Source: Gemmatimonadota bacterium (GTDB lineage: Bacteria > Latescibacterota > UBA2968 > GCA-2709665). From it: DNA of 64,000 nucleotides. Positions within the stretch are counted from its first letter, which is position 1; every line of letters starts with the position of its first letter. The DNA is taken from positions 68,879 through 132,878 of the forward strand of contig JAPPFJ010000003.1 in the NCBI GenBank assembly GCA_028877215.1. Direction: 5' to 3'. Below, in pieces: positions 49,321 through 59,659 of the stretch. Position numbers and translations under genes: made by a program. The notes under the pieces were generated by a model. It saw only the letters and a list, made by a program, of their open reading frames with translations, did not search any database and was not told where the DNA came from.

Positions 49321-50835
49321 ATGGCGATGGAGAAATCGCCTCATCCCGGTCTCAGCATCGTCGAGAACTGGCTCGATCCGCTCTGTTTGAACGTCACCGA
49401 CGCCGCGAGGGTGTTGGGCGTGGCCCGTCACACGCTATCCCGGGTGCTCAACGGGCACGCGGGCATCTCGCCCGAGATGGCGATTCGGCTGGAGAAGGCC
49501 GGATGGTCCGATGCCGAGTACTGGCTGCGCCGGCAGACGGCCTACGATCTTCTGCAGGTCCGTGAGCAGGAAGATCGCATCGAGGTGGAGCGCTATCAGC
49601 CTCAGCCCACGTTGTGTGAAGGACATGGTGTTTACGGGAATACCAGCATCGCCGTATTTCTGGGGGCCGGCGCGTCGGAAGCGGCTGGCTTTCCATCCAT
49701 GGAAGACCTGACCGACCAGGTTGTTGGCGGGCGGGGCGTTACGCGGCACGGCGACGGATGTTTCTACATAAGCGGGGGAGAAGAACCGAAATCTGCGGCA
49801 GTAAGGTTACCCCTGAGCATGGTGAAGCGACTTCATGAGGAGGCTGAGACCTACCTGTCCACACACACCGACAGGAAGGCCAATTACGAGGATATCTACT
49901 TCCTGGCACGGCAGGCATTGGATGATGAGTTGGGTGAAACAGAGAATCCGGCGCTTCGCCAGTTTGTGGAAAGGTTGAGAGACGACTGGCTGTCACTCAC
50001 CGATACCATAGAGGAAAGAAGCGAAGCCGCGGTACATTCACCCGCACAGGGTGTTCCGGACGACCTGGGTGGCTTACTGTGGGAAACGTGCAACTACATC
50101 GCGGACGTCGTCAGGCGAAGCCTTCTGCTCTATTGTCCTGAACCGGACCGCATCCGCCAGGTGAATGCCGTCGAATACGCCTGCAAGGCCTTCAACGTAA
50201 CCAGTATATCGACGCTTTGTCACGACACCCACGTCGAGGCTTTTTTGAAGGACCGGAATGTTGCGCTCGCCGATGGATTCTCCGGCGGCGAGGATGACAT
50301 TTCACATTGGAACGGCGATCTCACTTCGGAGGTGAAGATTCCATTCCTGAAATTGCATGGTTCCATAGACTGGTACCGCTACAGGGACGGAAAAGTCAGA
50401 CGCATTCCGCCAAATCTATATCCCCAACGCATCGAGGTTGACGGCGCGTTTCTGTACGCGGAAGATGTCCCGAGGATGCTGCTGGTCGGCGCTTTCAACA
50501 AACTTTCGGACTATGGCTCAGGGATCTTTCGCGAACTCCGGCATTGCTTCAGATCGACCATTGGAAAAGCGAACACAATGGTCGTTTGCGGCTACGGCTT
50601 TGGTGACAGGGGTGTCAATAATGAGCTGATCGATTGGCATGCCGGACGGGAGGGACGCAGGTTCGTGATCGTTCACCCGGATCCTGAACACCTCGCCGAA
50701 AAAGTGCACGCGGCCCTCCGGATTCATTGGGAGACCTGGCAGCAAACCGGCGCGCTCTCAATCATCGAAAAGAGATTCGAAGATATCGAAGCCCCTGAAT
50801 TCGTGGAAGCCATCGCACAAACGGCGAATGTCTGA
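49321..50835 (+). CDS. HigA-family HTH antitoxin fused to a SIR2-like domain
   Basis: aa 1-97: PHPG...[25 protein letters not shown]...W.R.Q.AYDL; then FLGAGAS...[19 protein letters not shown]. Confidence 0.85.
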   Translation: MAMEKSPHPGLSIVENWLDPLCLNVTDAARVLGVARHTLSRVLNGHAGISPEMAIRLEKAGWSDAEYWLRRQTAYDLLQVREQEDRIEVERYQPQPTLCEGHGVYGNTSIAVFLGAGASEAAGFPSMEDLTDQVVGGRGVTRHGDGCFYISGGEEPKSAAVRLPLSMVKRLHEEAETYLSTHTDRKANYEDIYFLARQALDDELGETENPALRQFVERLRDDWLSLTDTIEERSEAAVHSPAQGVPDDLGGLLWETCNYIADVVRRSLLLYCPEPDRIRQVNAVEYACKAFNVTSISTLCHDTHVEAFLKDRNVALADGFSGGEDDISHWNGDLTSEVKIPFLKLHGSIDWYRYRDGKVRRIPPNLYPQRIEVDGAFLYAEDVPRMLLVGAFNKLSDYGSGIFRELRHCFRSTIGKANTMVVCGYGFGDRGVNNELIDWHAGREGRRFVIVHPDPEHLAEKVHAALRIHWETWQQTGALSIIEKRFEDIEAPEFVEAIAQTANV

Positions 50836-51223
50836 ACGACCGCAGAAAGGGCATTCTAATAGATCGAGGCGCCGAACCTCGAAAAAGCCATCAGCGGGTT
50901 CCGTCCGGGCCCCTTCAGCGCGCCGACCTGATGAAAACGCTTCGTTAAGCGATACGTGTACGGTTACCACGTTAGTGGAAATCGTGCATTTGTAATGCAT
51001 TTTTTCCACTAATGACCACAGGGTTTGCAGGAGACGTGCTGGACACAGTTTTTTGTGTTGGAGGCAGGATACGCGAAATCAGGGCTCTTGGTCCGACGAC
51101 TGAAGCCGGGATACGAATGCAGGAGGGCTGCGACGTCGCGGAGGCACAGGCGCGATAACACGAAATAAAGGTCGAACGGTACGAACCGCAGCCGGTGTGA
51201 GTGTAACGAAAATACCGTCATAT

Positions 51224-51260
51224 AAAAGGGCCCCAGCATTTCAGGGGCCCTTTCGTTTTT
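51224..51260. terminator. Bidirectional intrinsic terminator
   Basis: AAAGGGCCCC/GGGGCCCTTT stem with A and T tracts on either side, between convergent genes. Confidence 0.7.
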
Positions 51261-51276
51261 TCAAATCCGTGCGAAT

Positions 51277-51597
51277 CTACCGTTCCCGATTTCTTCGCCG
51301 ATGCCTTCTCGACTTTCTTCTGATTCGCGTCCTGTTTACATATCCGTACACTTGATCATGAATGCCTATGGCCAGGAATTCAACCGTGTCACCATTTTGG
51401 ACTGAGAAGGCAAGTCGGAATTTCTGGTCTAACCGAACTGTAAAAGCATTGTCTTCTTTTTCAAGGCGTCGGCCCCTGGACAACGCTCCCTCTTCTAATT
51501 CACTGAAGACTGCCTCGAATTGACCCTTGAAGTCTTTCTTGAACCTGGCACTAAAGACCCGGAATGACTTTATGGGAGGTAATTGAAATCCCTGCAC
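51277..51597 (-). CDS. RelE/ParE-superfamily toxin-like protein
   Basis: S.RFKKDF, F.VRL...FRL.F, IG.HD.VY; very basic tail. Confidence 0.65.
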   Translation of the reverse strand: MQGFQLPPIKSFRVFSARFKKDFKGQFEAVFSELEEGALSRGRRLEKEDNAFTVRLDQKFRLAFSVQNGDTVEFLAIGIHDQVYGYVNRTRIRRKSRRHRRRNRER

Positions 51598-51600
51598 TCC

Positions 51601-52107
51601 CTAGCTCCATAGGGCATCAAGGGCTTCTTTTGCAGAGTTATAGTCCTTGTCGGAACGCGGTTGTCCTGTGCTATGCAGGACCATGATGCGCCAACGAATC
51701 TCCTGTAGCAGCGAGATAATATCATAGAGATTTTCGTCCGCCTCCTGCAATTTACGAGCCAGAACCGGATCTGTTCCCTCCAGATGATTTCGGGAAAAAG
51801 ACAGATACTCTCGCGCCTTCTTTTCTTCGCATTCGGAAGATTCGATCTGTTTGATAAGTGTTTCTACGTCATTGTCCTTGCACAACGAACGGAAATCTTC
51901 CGGTGTTTTTTCCAGGTGCTCCAGGGCTTCGTGAAGTCCTGTGATTTTCGTAATCGCTGTGGCGTTTATCTCTTCGAGAGCGCGATGGGCCTGCTGAACG
52001 AACAGCGCGGTCGAGGAGGTGTCCACCTGACTGAGAGCATTCAGGTAACCCGGTGCCTGTTCCGAGACGAAACTATAAGGTCCGTCTACAAGAGGAAGCG
52101 ATCTCAT
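51601..52107 (-). CDS. Acidic helical hypothetical protein, candidate antitoxin
   Basis: 168 aa, ends 3 bp upstream of the RelE-like gene; C-terminus YNSAKEALDAL. Confidence 0.55.
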   Translation of the reverse strand: MRSLPLVDGPYSFVSEQAPGYLNALSQVDTSSTALFVQQAHRALEEINATAITKITGLHEALEHLEKTPEDFRSLCKDNDVETLIKQIESSECEEKKAREYLSFSRNHLEGTDPVLARKLQEADENLYDIISLLQEIRWRIMVLHSTGQPRSDKDYNSAKEALDALWS

Positions 52108-52342
52108 ATCCGAAACTCCGTGAGGCCCGGGGATCGATAACGGCTGTGATCAGCGCCGAATTCCCGATAAAATACAGTGGCGTGCTGCCAATGTCAATTG
52201 GCGCAATTTCACCTTGCCCGATTCAACAGGAAACTATAAACGAAGTACAAATAGCAGAGGATTCGTTTTTTTTTGGGGATGACCTTGTCAGTGCGGCCCG
52301 GCTGGAACTGGCTGGTGATTCAGGATCTATTCGGTCCTTCCT

Positions 52343-53140
52343 TCACTTTGCGGTTTTTCCTGACCCGATTTCGCTTTTACCGCTCCATTCCTTCGCGAGC
52401 CGCCGGGCTTCGGCGATCTGGACGGGCGTCATCGAATTTTCCAGGTTGTCGCGTACGACGCTGCCCAGGCTGTCTCCGGCAGCGGCGGCAAGACTGCAAT
52501 GCGCGTAGGCTTTAATGTCGTCCCGCTCCACGCCCAGACCCATGGCGTACATCATCCCAAGCTGTGATCGGGCTCGTACAAATCCCTGGTCGACCGCGCG
52601 GCGGAACCACTTGAACGCCTCGGCATAGTCCCGCGGAACGCCTCGCGCATTGGTGTATATGATACCGAGAAGGTACTGCGCGCCGGCGTGGCCCTGGTTC
52701 GCCGCGGTGCGATACAATTCGATTGCTTTCGTGAGATCCCTCTGCACACCGCGGCCGCGTGAATAAGCCGTTCCCAGCTTGAAACGGGCGTCGGCGTGTC
52801 CCTGATCGGCGGCGGCACGGTACCATTTGACTGCCTCTGCGTTGTCCCGCGTCAGGCCCAGACCCTGTGCGTACATCCATCCGAGGCTGGCCTGCGCGTC
52901 CGCATGGCCCTGATCGGCGGCGAGACGCAACAACCTGACCGCTTTCGCGAAGTCCTGCTTCACGCCCTGTGCGCTCGCGTACATGGCCCCGAGAAGGAAT
53001 TGCGCCTCGGCCTCGCCTTTCAAGGCGCGCCGCCGCAGATCCTCCACGCCATCATCGCTTTGTTCTGTGGCGAAACCCGCAGACGCAAGCACGAGAATTG
53101 TCAGGACTGTCATCGCCAGACGTAGTCGTCGGCTCATCAT
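52343..53140 (-). CDS. Secreted Sel1-like repeat protein
   Basis: Signal peptide; repeated AQ..LG.MY..G.GV.QD...A..W.R.AADQG; C-terminal MTP.QIAEA.RLA.EW. Confidence 0.93.
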   Translation of the reverse strand: MMSRRLRLAMTVLTILVLASAGFATEQSDDGVEDLRRRALKGEAEAQFLLGAMYASAQGVKQDFAKAVRLLRLAADQGHADAQASLGWMYAQGLGLTRDNAEAVKWYRAAADQGHADARFKLGTAYSRGRGVQRDLTKAIELYRTAANQGHAGAQYLLGIIYTNARGVPRDYAEAFKWFRRAVDQGFVRARSQLGMMYAMGLGVERDDIKAYAHCSLAAAAGDSLGSVVRDNLENSMTPVQIAEARRLAKEWSGKSEIGSGKTAK

Positions 53141-53392
53141 CTTCGCACTCCCGTTAGACAGACACGATCCATCAATGGCTTGTCGAGACGTCGAGAAAGC
53201 GTGTGCTTGGGTGGGGCAGACATTCCCGTGTATCTTATCATAGGAACGGAACGATCGGGTGGGGGAGGCAACCTCCCGCCGATGGACAGGATCGGCGTCC
53301 CCAACCGGTCATCGCGCCAGTCGCATCGGCGACACATCGTCGATCGTCTCGAGCATCTGCGACTCAGCGCCGCCGCCCTGTTCGATTACAAC

Positions 53393-53509
53393 TGTATCGA
53401 AATCGGACAGTATTGTATCGAAATCGGACACTTTTCTACGGCCGATTTTTTTGCATTTTCGCAACCTATTGTTATTTCTATATTTGAATTGTCTGGCAGG
53501 GTATTTGCT
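53393..53509 (+). promoter_or_regulatory. Sigma54 promoter with tandem upstream activator sites
   Basis: TGTATCGAAATCGGACA twice (53393 and 53414), IHF-like CAA-N4-TTG near 53462, and TGGCAG-N5-TTGCT (GG-N10-GC) at 53494-53509. Confidence 0.7.
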
Positions 53510-53651
53510 TCTGAAACCAGGCGTACGGTTGGCGATATGGGATCGGCCTGCCTCCAGCACGTGTGTCAATCGGGCAGTATTTCACTTTCTTACCAGTCGG
53601 AATCACTCCCGCGTTTCCAATCCGGGAATGAGCGCGCGAACGGAGACACCT

Positions 53652-56081
53652 GTGATCAAGAATCTCCTGACCGTTGCAATCCGCAATCTACTGCGGCACA
53701 GATTGTACACCTCCATAAATGTGTCAGGACTTGCAATCGGGTTGGCGGGTGGCATCCTGATCCTGCTGTACGTCAACCAGGAGTTTTCGGTAGATCGATT
53801 CTACACTCTGGGCGACCGCATTTACAAAGTGATTCGGGAAGTGCGCAAAACAACCCGTACTACCTTTGAAAGCGGAACCTCAGGTGCGCTCGGACCTGAA
53901 TTGGAAGCGTCGTTCCCTGAAGTAGAAAAAACCGTACGTATCTGGCAATGGCGCGTGTCCGCACAATTCGGCGAGCGCAAGGGTGAGTATCAGTTTGCGC
54001 TGGTTGACGACGGCTTTTTCCGGGTCTTTGATTTCGACTTTATACGAGGCGATCCGGAAATCGCATTTCATACACCCAATTCGGTGGTCATTACTGACAA
54101 CCTGGCGCTCCACCTGTTTGGCGACGATGACCCGATGGGCCGTTCTTTCTCAATCGAAAGCACCGTGTTCCCCGGTGAATTCACGGTTGCCGGAATCGTA
54201 AAGGAGCCGCATCGCTCGTCAGAACTATATTTCCAGATCCTCTCTACGACGGTAACGCCAGTCGCGGAAGTGCAAGATAAGTGGACAATGTGGCAGCCAA
54301 TGCTCTCCTGGCGGCCGGTGAAGACTTTTGTACTACTCAAGGCAGGACAGGACCCCGAAACCCTGCAAACAAAAATGAAGACGCTTATCGAGCGGTTTAT
54401 GGGGGATGAAGTTGCGGCAAAATCGGCGTTTCATCTCCAGCCGATTCACCGCGTATACCTGTATGGGGAGTCTGATTTTATCCCGGCGAGCGGCGGCCGT
54501 ATCCAGCGAATTTACCGGCTCGCGACCATCGGAATGATCGTGGTCGTGATCGCGTGCGTGAATTTTACCAATCTGGTGACTGCAAGGGCTGTCACCCGAA
54601 AGCGCGAAGTCGGTGTGCGAAAAGTGGTCGGGGCGCACCGCCCGCAACTGATGGTCCAGTTTTTGGGCGAATCTCTGCTCTTGACCTGCATCGCGTTGTT
54701 GATTGCCCTGGCGCTCGCAGATATATCCCTGCCTCTATTCAACCAATTCGCGCAGATCGATCTGCACATCGATATGGCAACTTTGTCGGCATGCGCGCCT
54801 GAAGTGATTGCTTTGGCGATCCTGGCCGGACTCTCCGCCGGGACGTATCCGGCGTTCTTCCTCTCCTCCTTACGTCCGGCGAACGCATTGAAAGGCGGCG
54901 CGTTCTCGTCGTGGGGCACGGCGTGGCTGAAGAAGGGACTCGTGGTTTTTCAGTTTGGCATGTCCATTTTGCTGGTCATCTGCACCCTTGTCGTTTATCA
55001 GCAATTGCGATTTATCGACACAAAAGATTTGGGTTTTACACGCGATCATATAGTCAGTTTACCCATTTTCGATCATGATGTTCTCGCGGAACCGAACCCC
55101 AAAAGACGTCTGTCGGCACGGCATCAGGTGGTGAAGCACGTATTTCTCGAACACCCCAATGTCCTGAGCGCGTCGTCGGCGCGGTACAGAATCAAGGGAT
55201 ACGGTGGTAGGCCGCGCTTGTTATGGCCCGACGGGGACCGGACAAGAGAGCAGACGATTCGTGTCAACGAAGTTGATGATTCATTCTTTAAGACTTTCGA
55301 AGTCCCCGTGCTCCGTGGTCGCGCATTCTCGCCCGATGTGGCAAGTGATACATCGGAGGCGATGATCCTGAACGAGAAAGCCGTGCGCCTGCTCGGCTGG
55401 GAAGATGATCCGATTGGCAGACAGATCGAGTCGCCAGCCTTCAAGAACCAGGCTTTGACAGTAATTGGCGTTGTGAAAGACTACCACAGCTTGTCGCTGC
55501 GAGAAGAAATAGAGCCTCTTGGTTATATAGGCCGTTGGGAGTTTTTCCATTCCCTTTACCTGCGCATCCGACCGGAAGGGACCGCGCAGACCCTGGCGTT
55601 TCTCGAAGCGCAGTGGCATCGCTTCGTGCCGGAGGAGCCGTTCAAGTATCACTTTATGGACGAAATCATGGAGTGGGTCTACCACAGCGAGAGGCGCACC
55701 GGAAGAATGCTCGGGGTGTTTTCATTACTGGCAATCTTCGTGGCGTGCCTGGGGCTGTTCGGCCTTTCGGTGTTTGTGGTCCAGTCTCGCACCAAGGAGT
55801 TCGGCGTCCGTAAAGTACTTGGCGCATCCACGTCGCATCTGGTGATGTTGGTCTCGCGGGAATTTCTGTCTCTCATTCTTCTTGCCAGCGTCGTCGCCTG
55901 GCCAGTCGCTTACTATCTGATGAGCGAATGGCTATCCGGATTTGCCTATCGGATTTCCCTGAACGTCGTGCCGTTTGTCGTGAGTCCGACACTGGCACTT
56001 ATCATTGCATTCGCGACCGTAAGTTTGCAGGCAGTCCGCGCAGCTCAGTCCAATCCGATCGAGGCTTTGCGAGATGAATGA
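53652..56081 (+). CDS. MacB/FtsX-like ABC transporter permease (duplicated)
   Basis: A.RNL.R...Y..IN..GLA.G, R.REVGVRKV.GA, QFLGES, RTKE.G.RKVLGAS, NP..ALRDE; GTG start at 53652. Confidence 0.92.
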   Translation: MIKNLLTVAIRNLLRHRLYTSINVSGLAIGLAGGILILLYVNQEFSVDRFYTLGDRIYKVIREVRKTTRTTFESGTSGALGPELEASFPEVEKTVRIWQWRVSAQFGERKGEYQFALVDDGFFRVFDFDFIRGDPEIAFHTPNSVVITDNLALHLFGDDDPMGRSFSIESTVFPGEFTVAGIVKEPHRSSELYFQILSTTVTPVAEVQDKWTMWQPMLSWRPVKTFVLLKAGQDPETLQTKMKTLIERFMGDEVAAKSAFHLQPIHRVYLYGESDFIPASGGRIQRIYRLATIGMIVVVIACVNFTNLVTARAVTRKREVGVRKVVGAHRPQLMVQFLGESLLLTCIALLIALALADISLPLFNQFAQIDLHIDMATLSACAPEVIALAILAGLSAGTYPAFFLSSLRPANALKGGAFSSWGTAWLKKGLVVFQFGMSILLVICTLVVYQQLRFIDTKDLGFTRDHIVSLPIFDHDVLAEPNPKRRLSARHQVVKHVFLEHPNVLSASSARYRIKGYGGRPRLLWPDGDRTREQTIRVNEVDDSFFKTFEVPVLRGRAFSPDVASDTSEAMILNEKAVRLLGWEDDPIGRQIESPAFKNQALTVIGVVKDYHSLSLREEIEPLGYIGRWEFFHSLYLRIRPEGTAQTLAFLEAQWHRFVPEEPFKYHFMDEIMEWVYHSERRTGRMLGVFSLLAIFVACLGLFGLSVFVVQSRTKEFGVRKVLGASTSHLVMLVSREFLSLILLASVVAWPVAYYLMSEWLSGFAYRISLNVVPFVVSPTLALIIAFATVSLQAVRAAQSNPIEALRDE

Positions 56082-56319
56082 AAGGGTGTAGGACCAAGCC
56101 GGTGTTCCGACCATCCCTCGTTCTCTCCTTCTCGCGATACGGGCTCGGATCCATCTCCGGCTAAAACTTGAACGTGAAGATATCGACCTTGAGTCGGCCC
56201 GGTTCGGTTCCGGTATAGTCCAAACTTGATTGAGCCAACGATGATCGGCCCTTCCTTCGCACTCGCGGCCTCGCCGACTTAGTGACCAATCACCGTTCCC
56301 CTTTCCTTCAGGAAGGGGG

Positions 56320-57978
56320 TCAGCGGGCAGGTCGGTCCCCGTCTCCCCCTCCCAGCTCCTTGAGGCATGTGTCGACGACGACGTCGCTGGTGGTCGCTTC
56401 GGCCGTGATGACGCGGGTGGCGCCCGCGACGCGCAGTGAGCTCTCGTCCATGTCGTACAGGGTGCGCGCGATGATGGGGGCGTCCGGAGCCGCGCGGCGA
56501 ATCGCGCGGACGGCGATTTCGGTTGCGCGGGTGTCATTGATCGTGACTACAACCAGGCGCGCGTCCCCGCAGCCGAGTTCTTCGAGGACTTCCGTCTGGG
56601 TCACGTCGCCGTACACCGCCAGGTCTCCTGCCGCATGCGCCCTGCGGACGTTGTCCACGTTGACGTCGACCGCGACGCAGGCAAATCCCGCGTCCCGGGC
56701 CGCGTGGCAGACCTCTCTGCCTGCCCTGCCGTATCCGGCGACGATCACGTGGTCGCTGTGCGGTTCGTGCGTGTCGATTCCGGGAGGCTCGGCGTCCAGA
56801 ATCCGGTTGAGCCACGGAATACGGGTGACACCCAGCGCCAGGTGAGGGGCGAAGGCAATCGCGATAGGTGTGAGCAGCATGGACAGGATGATCGCCAGGA
56901 GGAGGTTGTGGGACAGTCCGGCATCGAGAAGGGCCGTCCCCGAGGCCGCGTTCAGCAGGACGAACGAGAATTCGCCGATCTGACACAGAGTCGCGGCGGA
57001 CTGGATCGCGACGCGGAGCGGAAGCCGGAGGATCAGGCCCATCACGAATACGATGACGAATTTGCCAACCAGAATCAGTCCGCACAGCCCGAGCGTCGGT
57101 AGCAGATGCGCAAGTACATCCGAAACATCCAGCAGCATGCCCACGGACACGAAGAAGAGGCTGGCGAAGGCTTCGCGTACGGGTATCAGGTCCGACATCG
57201 CCTGGTGACGAAACTCGCTGCCGGCGACGACCAGGCCCGCGAGGAATGCCCCTAGCGCCAGTGATATGCCCGCCATCGACAGGATCCACGCAATGCCGAA
57301 ACACACGAGAAACACCGTGAGTACGAACAGCTCTCTCTCCCGCGATCTGGCAACGAATGCGAGTATGTAGGGCACGGTTCGATTGGCGGCGACAAGCACG
57401 CCGACCAGAATGGCGAGGCCCGTGGCGGCCGCGACCGCGATTTCCCACGTGGTGCCGTCCTGACCTGCCAGAAATGGTACCGCCAGGATCATCGGAACCA
57501 CACACAGGTCCTGGAAGATGAGGATCCCGACGGCCAGGCGCCCGTGCGGCGCATCCAGTTCACCACGTGCGGAAAGTCCGCGCAGCACAATGGCCGTGCT
57601 GGAGACCGCGACGATGAAACCCAGAAACACCGCGGGCCCGGGCGTCATTCCGAACCAGAGGGCCGCCAGCGCGGTGCACAGGATCGTGGCGCCCACCTGG
57701 ATGCCGCCGCCCAGCAGGATGGCATTCCACAGCCGTCGCATATGGCTGAGCGAGAGCTCCAGGCCGATGCCGAAGAGCAGGAGTACGATCCCGACCTCGG
57801 CCATAATCTCGACCTGATGCGTGTCGTCCACGAGTCCGAGCGCCGTGGGTCCGGCCAGCATGCCGGCCAGAATCAGACCGGCGATCGACGGGATGCCCGC
57901 GCGGCGCAGTACCGTCGCGACCAGGACCGCCGATCCCAGTACGATAATCAGTTCCCCGAGAAAATCGAACTCATGCAC
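56320..57978 (-). CDS. CPA2 (Kef-type) cation:proton antiporter with TrkA-N domain
   Basis: LLF.IGLE, SSTAIV, QDL, SLALGAFLAG, Q.GEFSFV, GYGR.G, YGD.T. Confidence 0.92.
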   Translation of the reverse strand: MHEFDFLGELIIVLGSAVLVATVLRRAGIPSIAGLILAGMLAGPTALGLVDDTHQVEIMAEVGIVLLLFGIGLELSLSHMRRLWNAILLGGGIQVGATILCTALAALWFGMTPGPAVFLGFIVAVSSTAIVLRGLSARGELDAPHGRLAVGILIFQDLCVVPMILAVPFLAGQDGTTWEIAVAAATGLAILVGVLVAANRTVPYILAFVARSRERELFVLTVFLVCFGIAWILSMAGISLALGAFLAGLVVAGSEFRHQAMSDLIPVREAFASLFFVSVGMLLDVSDVLAHLLPTLGLCGLILVGKFVIVFVMGLILRLPLRVAIQSAATLCQIGEFSFVLLNAASGTALLDAGLSHNLLLAIILSMLLTPIAIAFAPHLALGVTRIPWLNRILDAEPPGIDTHEPHSDHVIVAGYGRAGREVCHAARDAGFACVAVDVNVDNVRRAHAAGDLAVYGDVTQTEVLEELGCGDARLVVVTINDTRATEIAVRAIRRAAPDAPIIARTLYDMDESSLRVAGATRVITAEATTSDVVVDTCLKELGGGDGDRPAR

Positions 57979-58033
57979 GCTGTAAGGTCTCCACGGTTTG
58001 TCAATGCATTTTCCGCCCTTGATGGCGATGAGC

Positions 58034-59083
58034 CTACCAGTCTCTGCGGCCGACGTACAGGCTCCGGTTGGTCATTGGGAGCGCGACGCGTTGCCCGCCC
58101 AATCGGTGCGACTCGATCATGCCCATCAACATCTCCTGGCTCCTGCGAGCGAGGTGCACTGGCCCCTTTGTCTCTCGGTCCGTATCGATCGCCTCTGCGA
58201 TGTCTGTGATGCCCATCACGGTTCCGGTGGTGCGGGGTACGTCCGGGAACGGCGCCTCTTCGAAGAAGATGTGACTCTTTTTGCGGAGTTGGCATTCCCG
58301 GCTGTTGTTTAAGATGCGGATCTTCCCCTCGCTGCCGCAGACTTCGAATTCGGGACCGGTGCCCGCCGTGTTGTAGCCGTGGACGCCATTTGCAAAGCGG
58401 ACGTAGCCGCTGGTAATCGCCGGATCGACGTCCAGCCGGTTGCCGTCCCAATCCGAATCGCTGCAGACAGCGGTACCCTGTACGAAGTCGACTTCCGGGT
58501 CGCCGGCGAGGAAGAGCAGCATATCGGCGGCGTGGGTCAAGCCCCAGAGTGCTGAACTCGCGCCGTATTGTGCGATCGTGCACTGGATATTTCCGATCTC
58601 GCCGGCACCCACCAACTCGCGTACCTTGCGATAGACCGGCATATAGCGGCGCTGCGTACCGTAGTTGAATTTGACGCCGTACCTCCGGACAACGTCGACC
58701 ATCGCATCCGCTTCGTCCATCGAACAGCAGAGCGGTTTTTCGCAGTAGATGCCCTTGACGTTGTTTTCAGCGGCGAAGACCGTGATGTCCGCATGCGGTC
58801 CGGGCCGGGTGGCGATGCAGACGATGTCCGGCTTTTCTTTTTCAATCATCTGTCGATAATCGGTGTAGGCGCGTCCGGCGCCGTAGCGCTGACGTATGGA
58901 TTCCGCCTTTCCGGCGACAACGTCTGACACGGCCACGAGGTTGGTTCTGTCGCAGGCGACGGCGGCAGCGGCGTGCGAGAAGGGTTGCCACAGATAGCGA
59001 TCCGGACGGCTTTCGACTTCGTCGTCAATTGTCGCGCCCATCCGTCCGCATCCGATCAGGCAGGCTCTGTAGGTGCGCGGCAT
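58034..59083 (-). CDS. Gfo/Idh/MocA family oxidoreductase
   Basis: LIGCGRMG, PDIVCIAT...H, IYCEKPL, QRR. Confidence 0.9.
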   Translation of the reverse strand: MPRTYRACLIGCGRMGATIDDEVESRPDRYLWQPFSHAAAAVACDRTNLVAVSDVVAGKAESIRQRYGAGRAYTDYRQMIEKEKPDIVCIATRPGPHADITVFAAENNVKGIYCEKPLCCSMDEADAMVDVVRRYGVKFNYGTQRRYMPVYRKVRELVGAGEIGNIQCTIAQYGASSALWGLTHAADMLLFLAGDPEVDFVQGTAVCSDSDWDGNRLDVDPAITSGYVRFANGVHGYNTAGTGPEFEVCGSEGKIRILNNSRECQLRKKSHIFFEEAPFPDVPRTTGTVMGITDIAEAIDTDRETKGPVHLARRSQEMLMGMIESHRLGGQRVALPMTNRSLYVGRRDW

Positions 59084-59347
59084 AATGTCCTTCCGTCACA
59101 CGTTACCGCTTCCACCATGAATCAGTGCGATCCGCGGCCCTGTCAGGGGAATGCAGACCGTTGAACCGGCGGATTTTCGGGCCGTTGTGGAGCGAACTGC
59201 GTATCCGTACTTACTATATATGATGTAGACGGGATCAGGTCAATCTCGAAGTTCAACTTACAGCAGAAAACCGCACCGATATCGAGAGGAAGCCTATTGC
59301 GGGAAGCACCCGATAGTTTGCTTTTTTTCTACAAAATTGTCCGGGCG

Positions 59348-59428
59348 CCCTGAGCCGCTCCCTGAGCTTGTCGAAGGGTCGGCGAAGGAAACAGGGTACC
59401 CGAACGCGGGCGCTTAGACAAGCTCAGC
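59348..59428. repeat. REP-like inverted repeat (CTGAGCTTGTC / GACAAGCTCAG)
   Basis: Arms at 59362-59372 and 59417-59427; resembles the widespread CCTGAGCTTGTCGAAGG-type intergenic repeat. Confidence 0.6.
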
Positions 59429-59659
59429 GTCCCCTTTTGGGCAAGTTCCCAGTCACCGTAGAAGGCACAATCGATGTCAACCATTAAGTGCGCCCGGCAA
59501 AAGCTGGCTCCTCGGCAATGGTATCGGGATGCAGGACAGGTTTCGACGCGAAGACAGCAACTGCAGGCACAATCAAAAGGATTGCGCAAATATGGCGGAT
59601 TCACCATATAGAGACATGGCCGCTGGCGCGCCGAGACCCGTGGAATGGAGAGTAGATCG

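Noticed and set aside
53259-53651. 131-aa N-terminal extension of the ABC permease
   Set aside because: It spans the sigma54 promoter and repeats; family similarity starts at GTG 53652.
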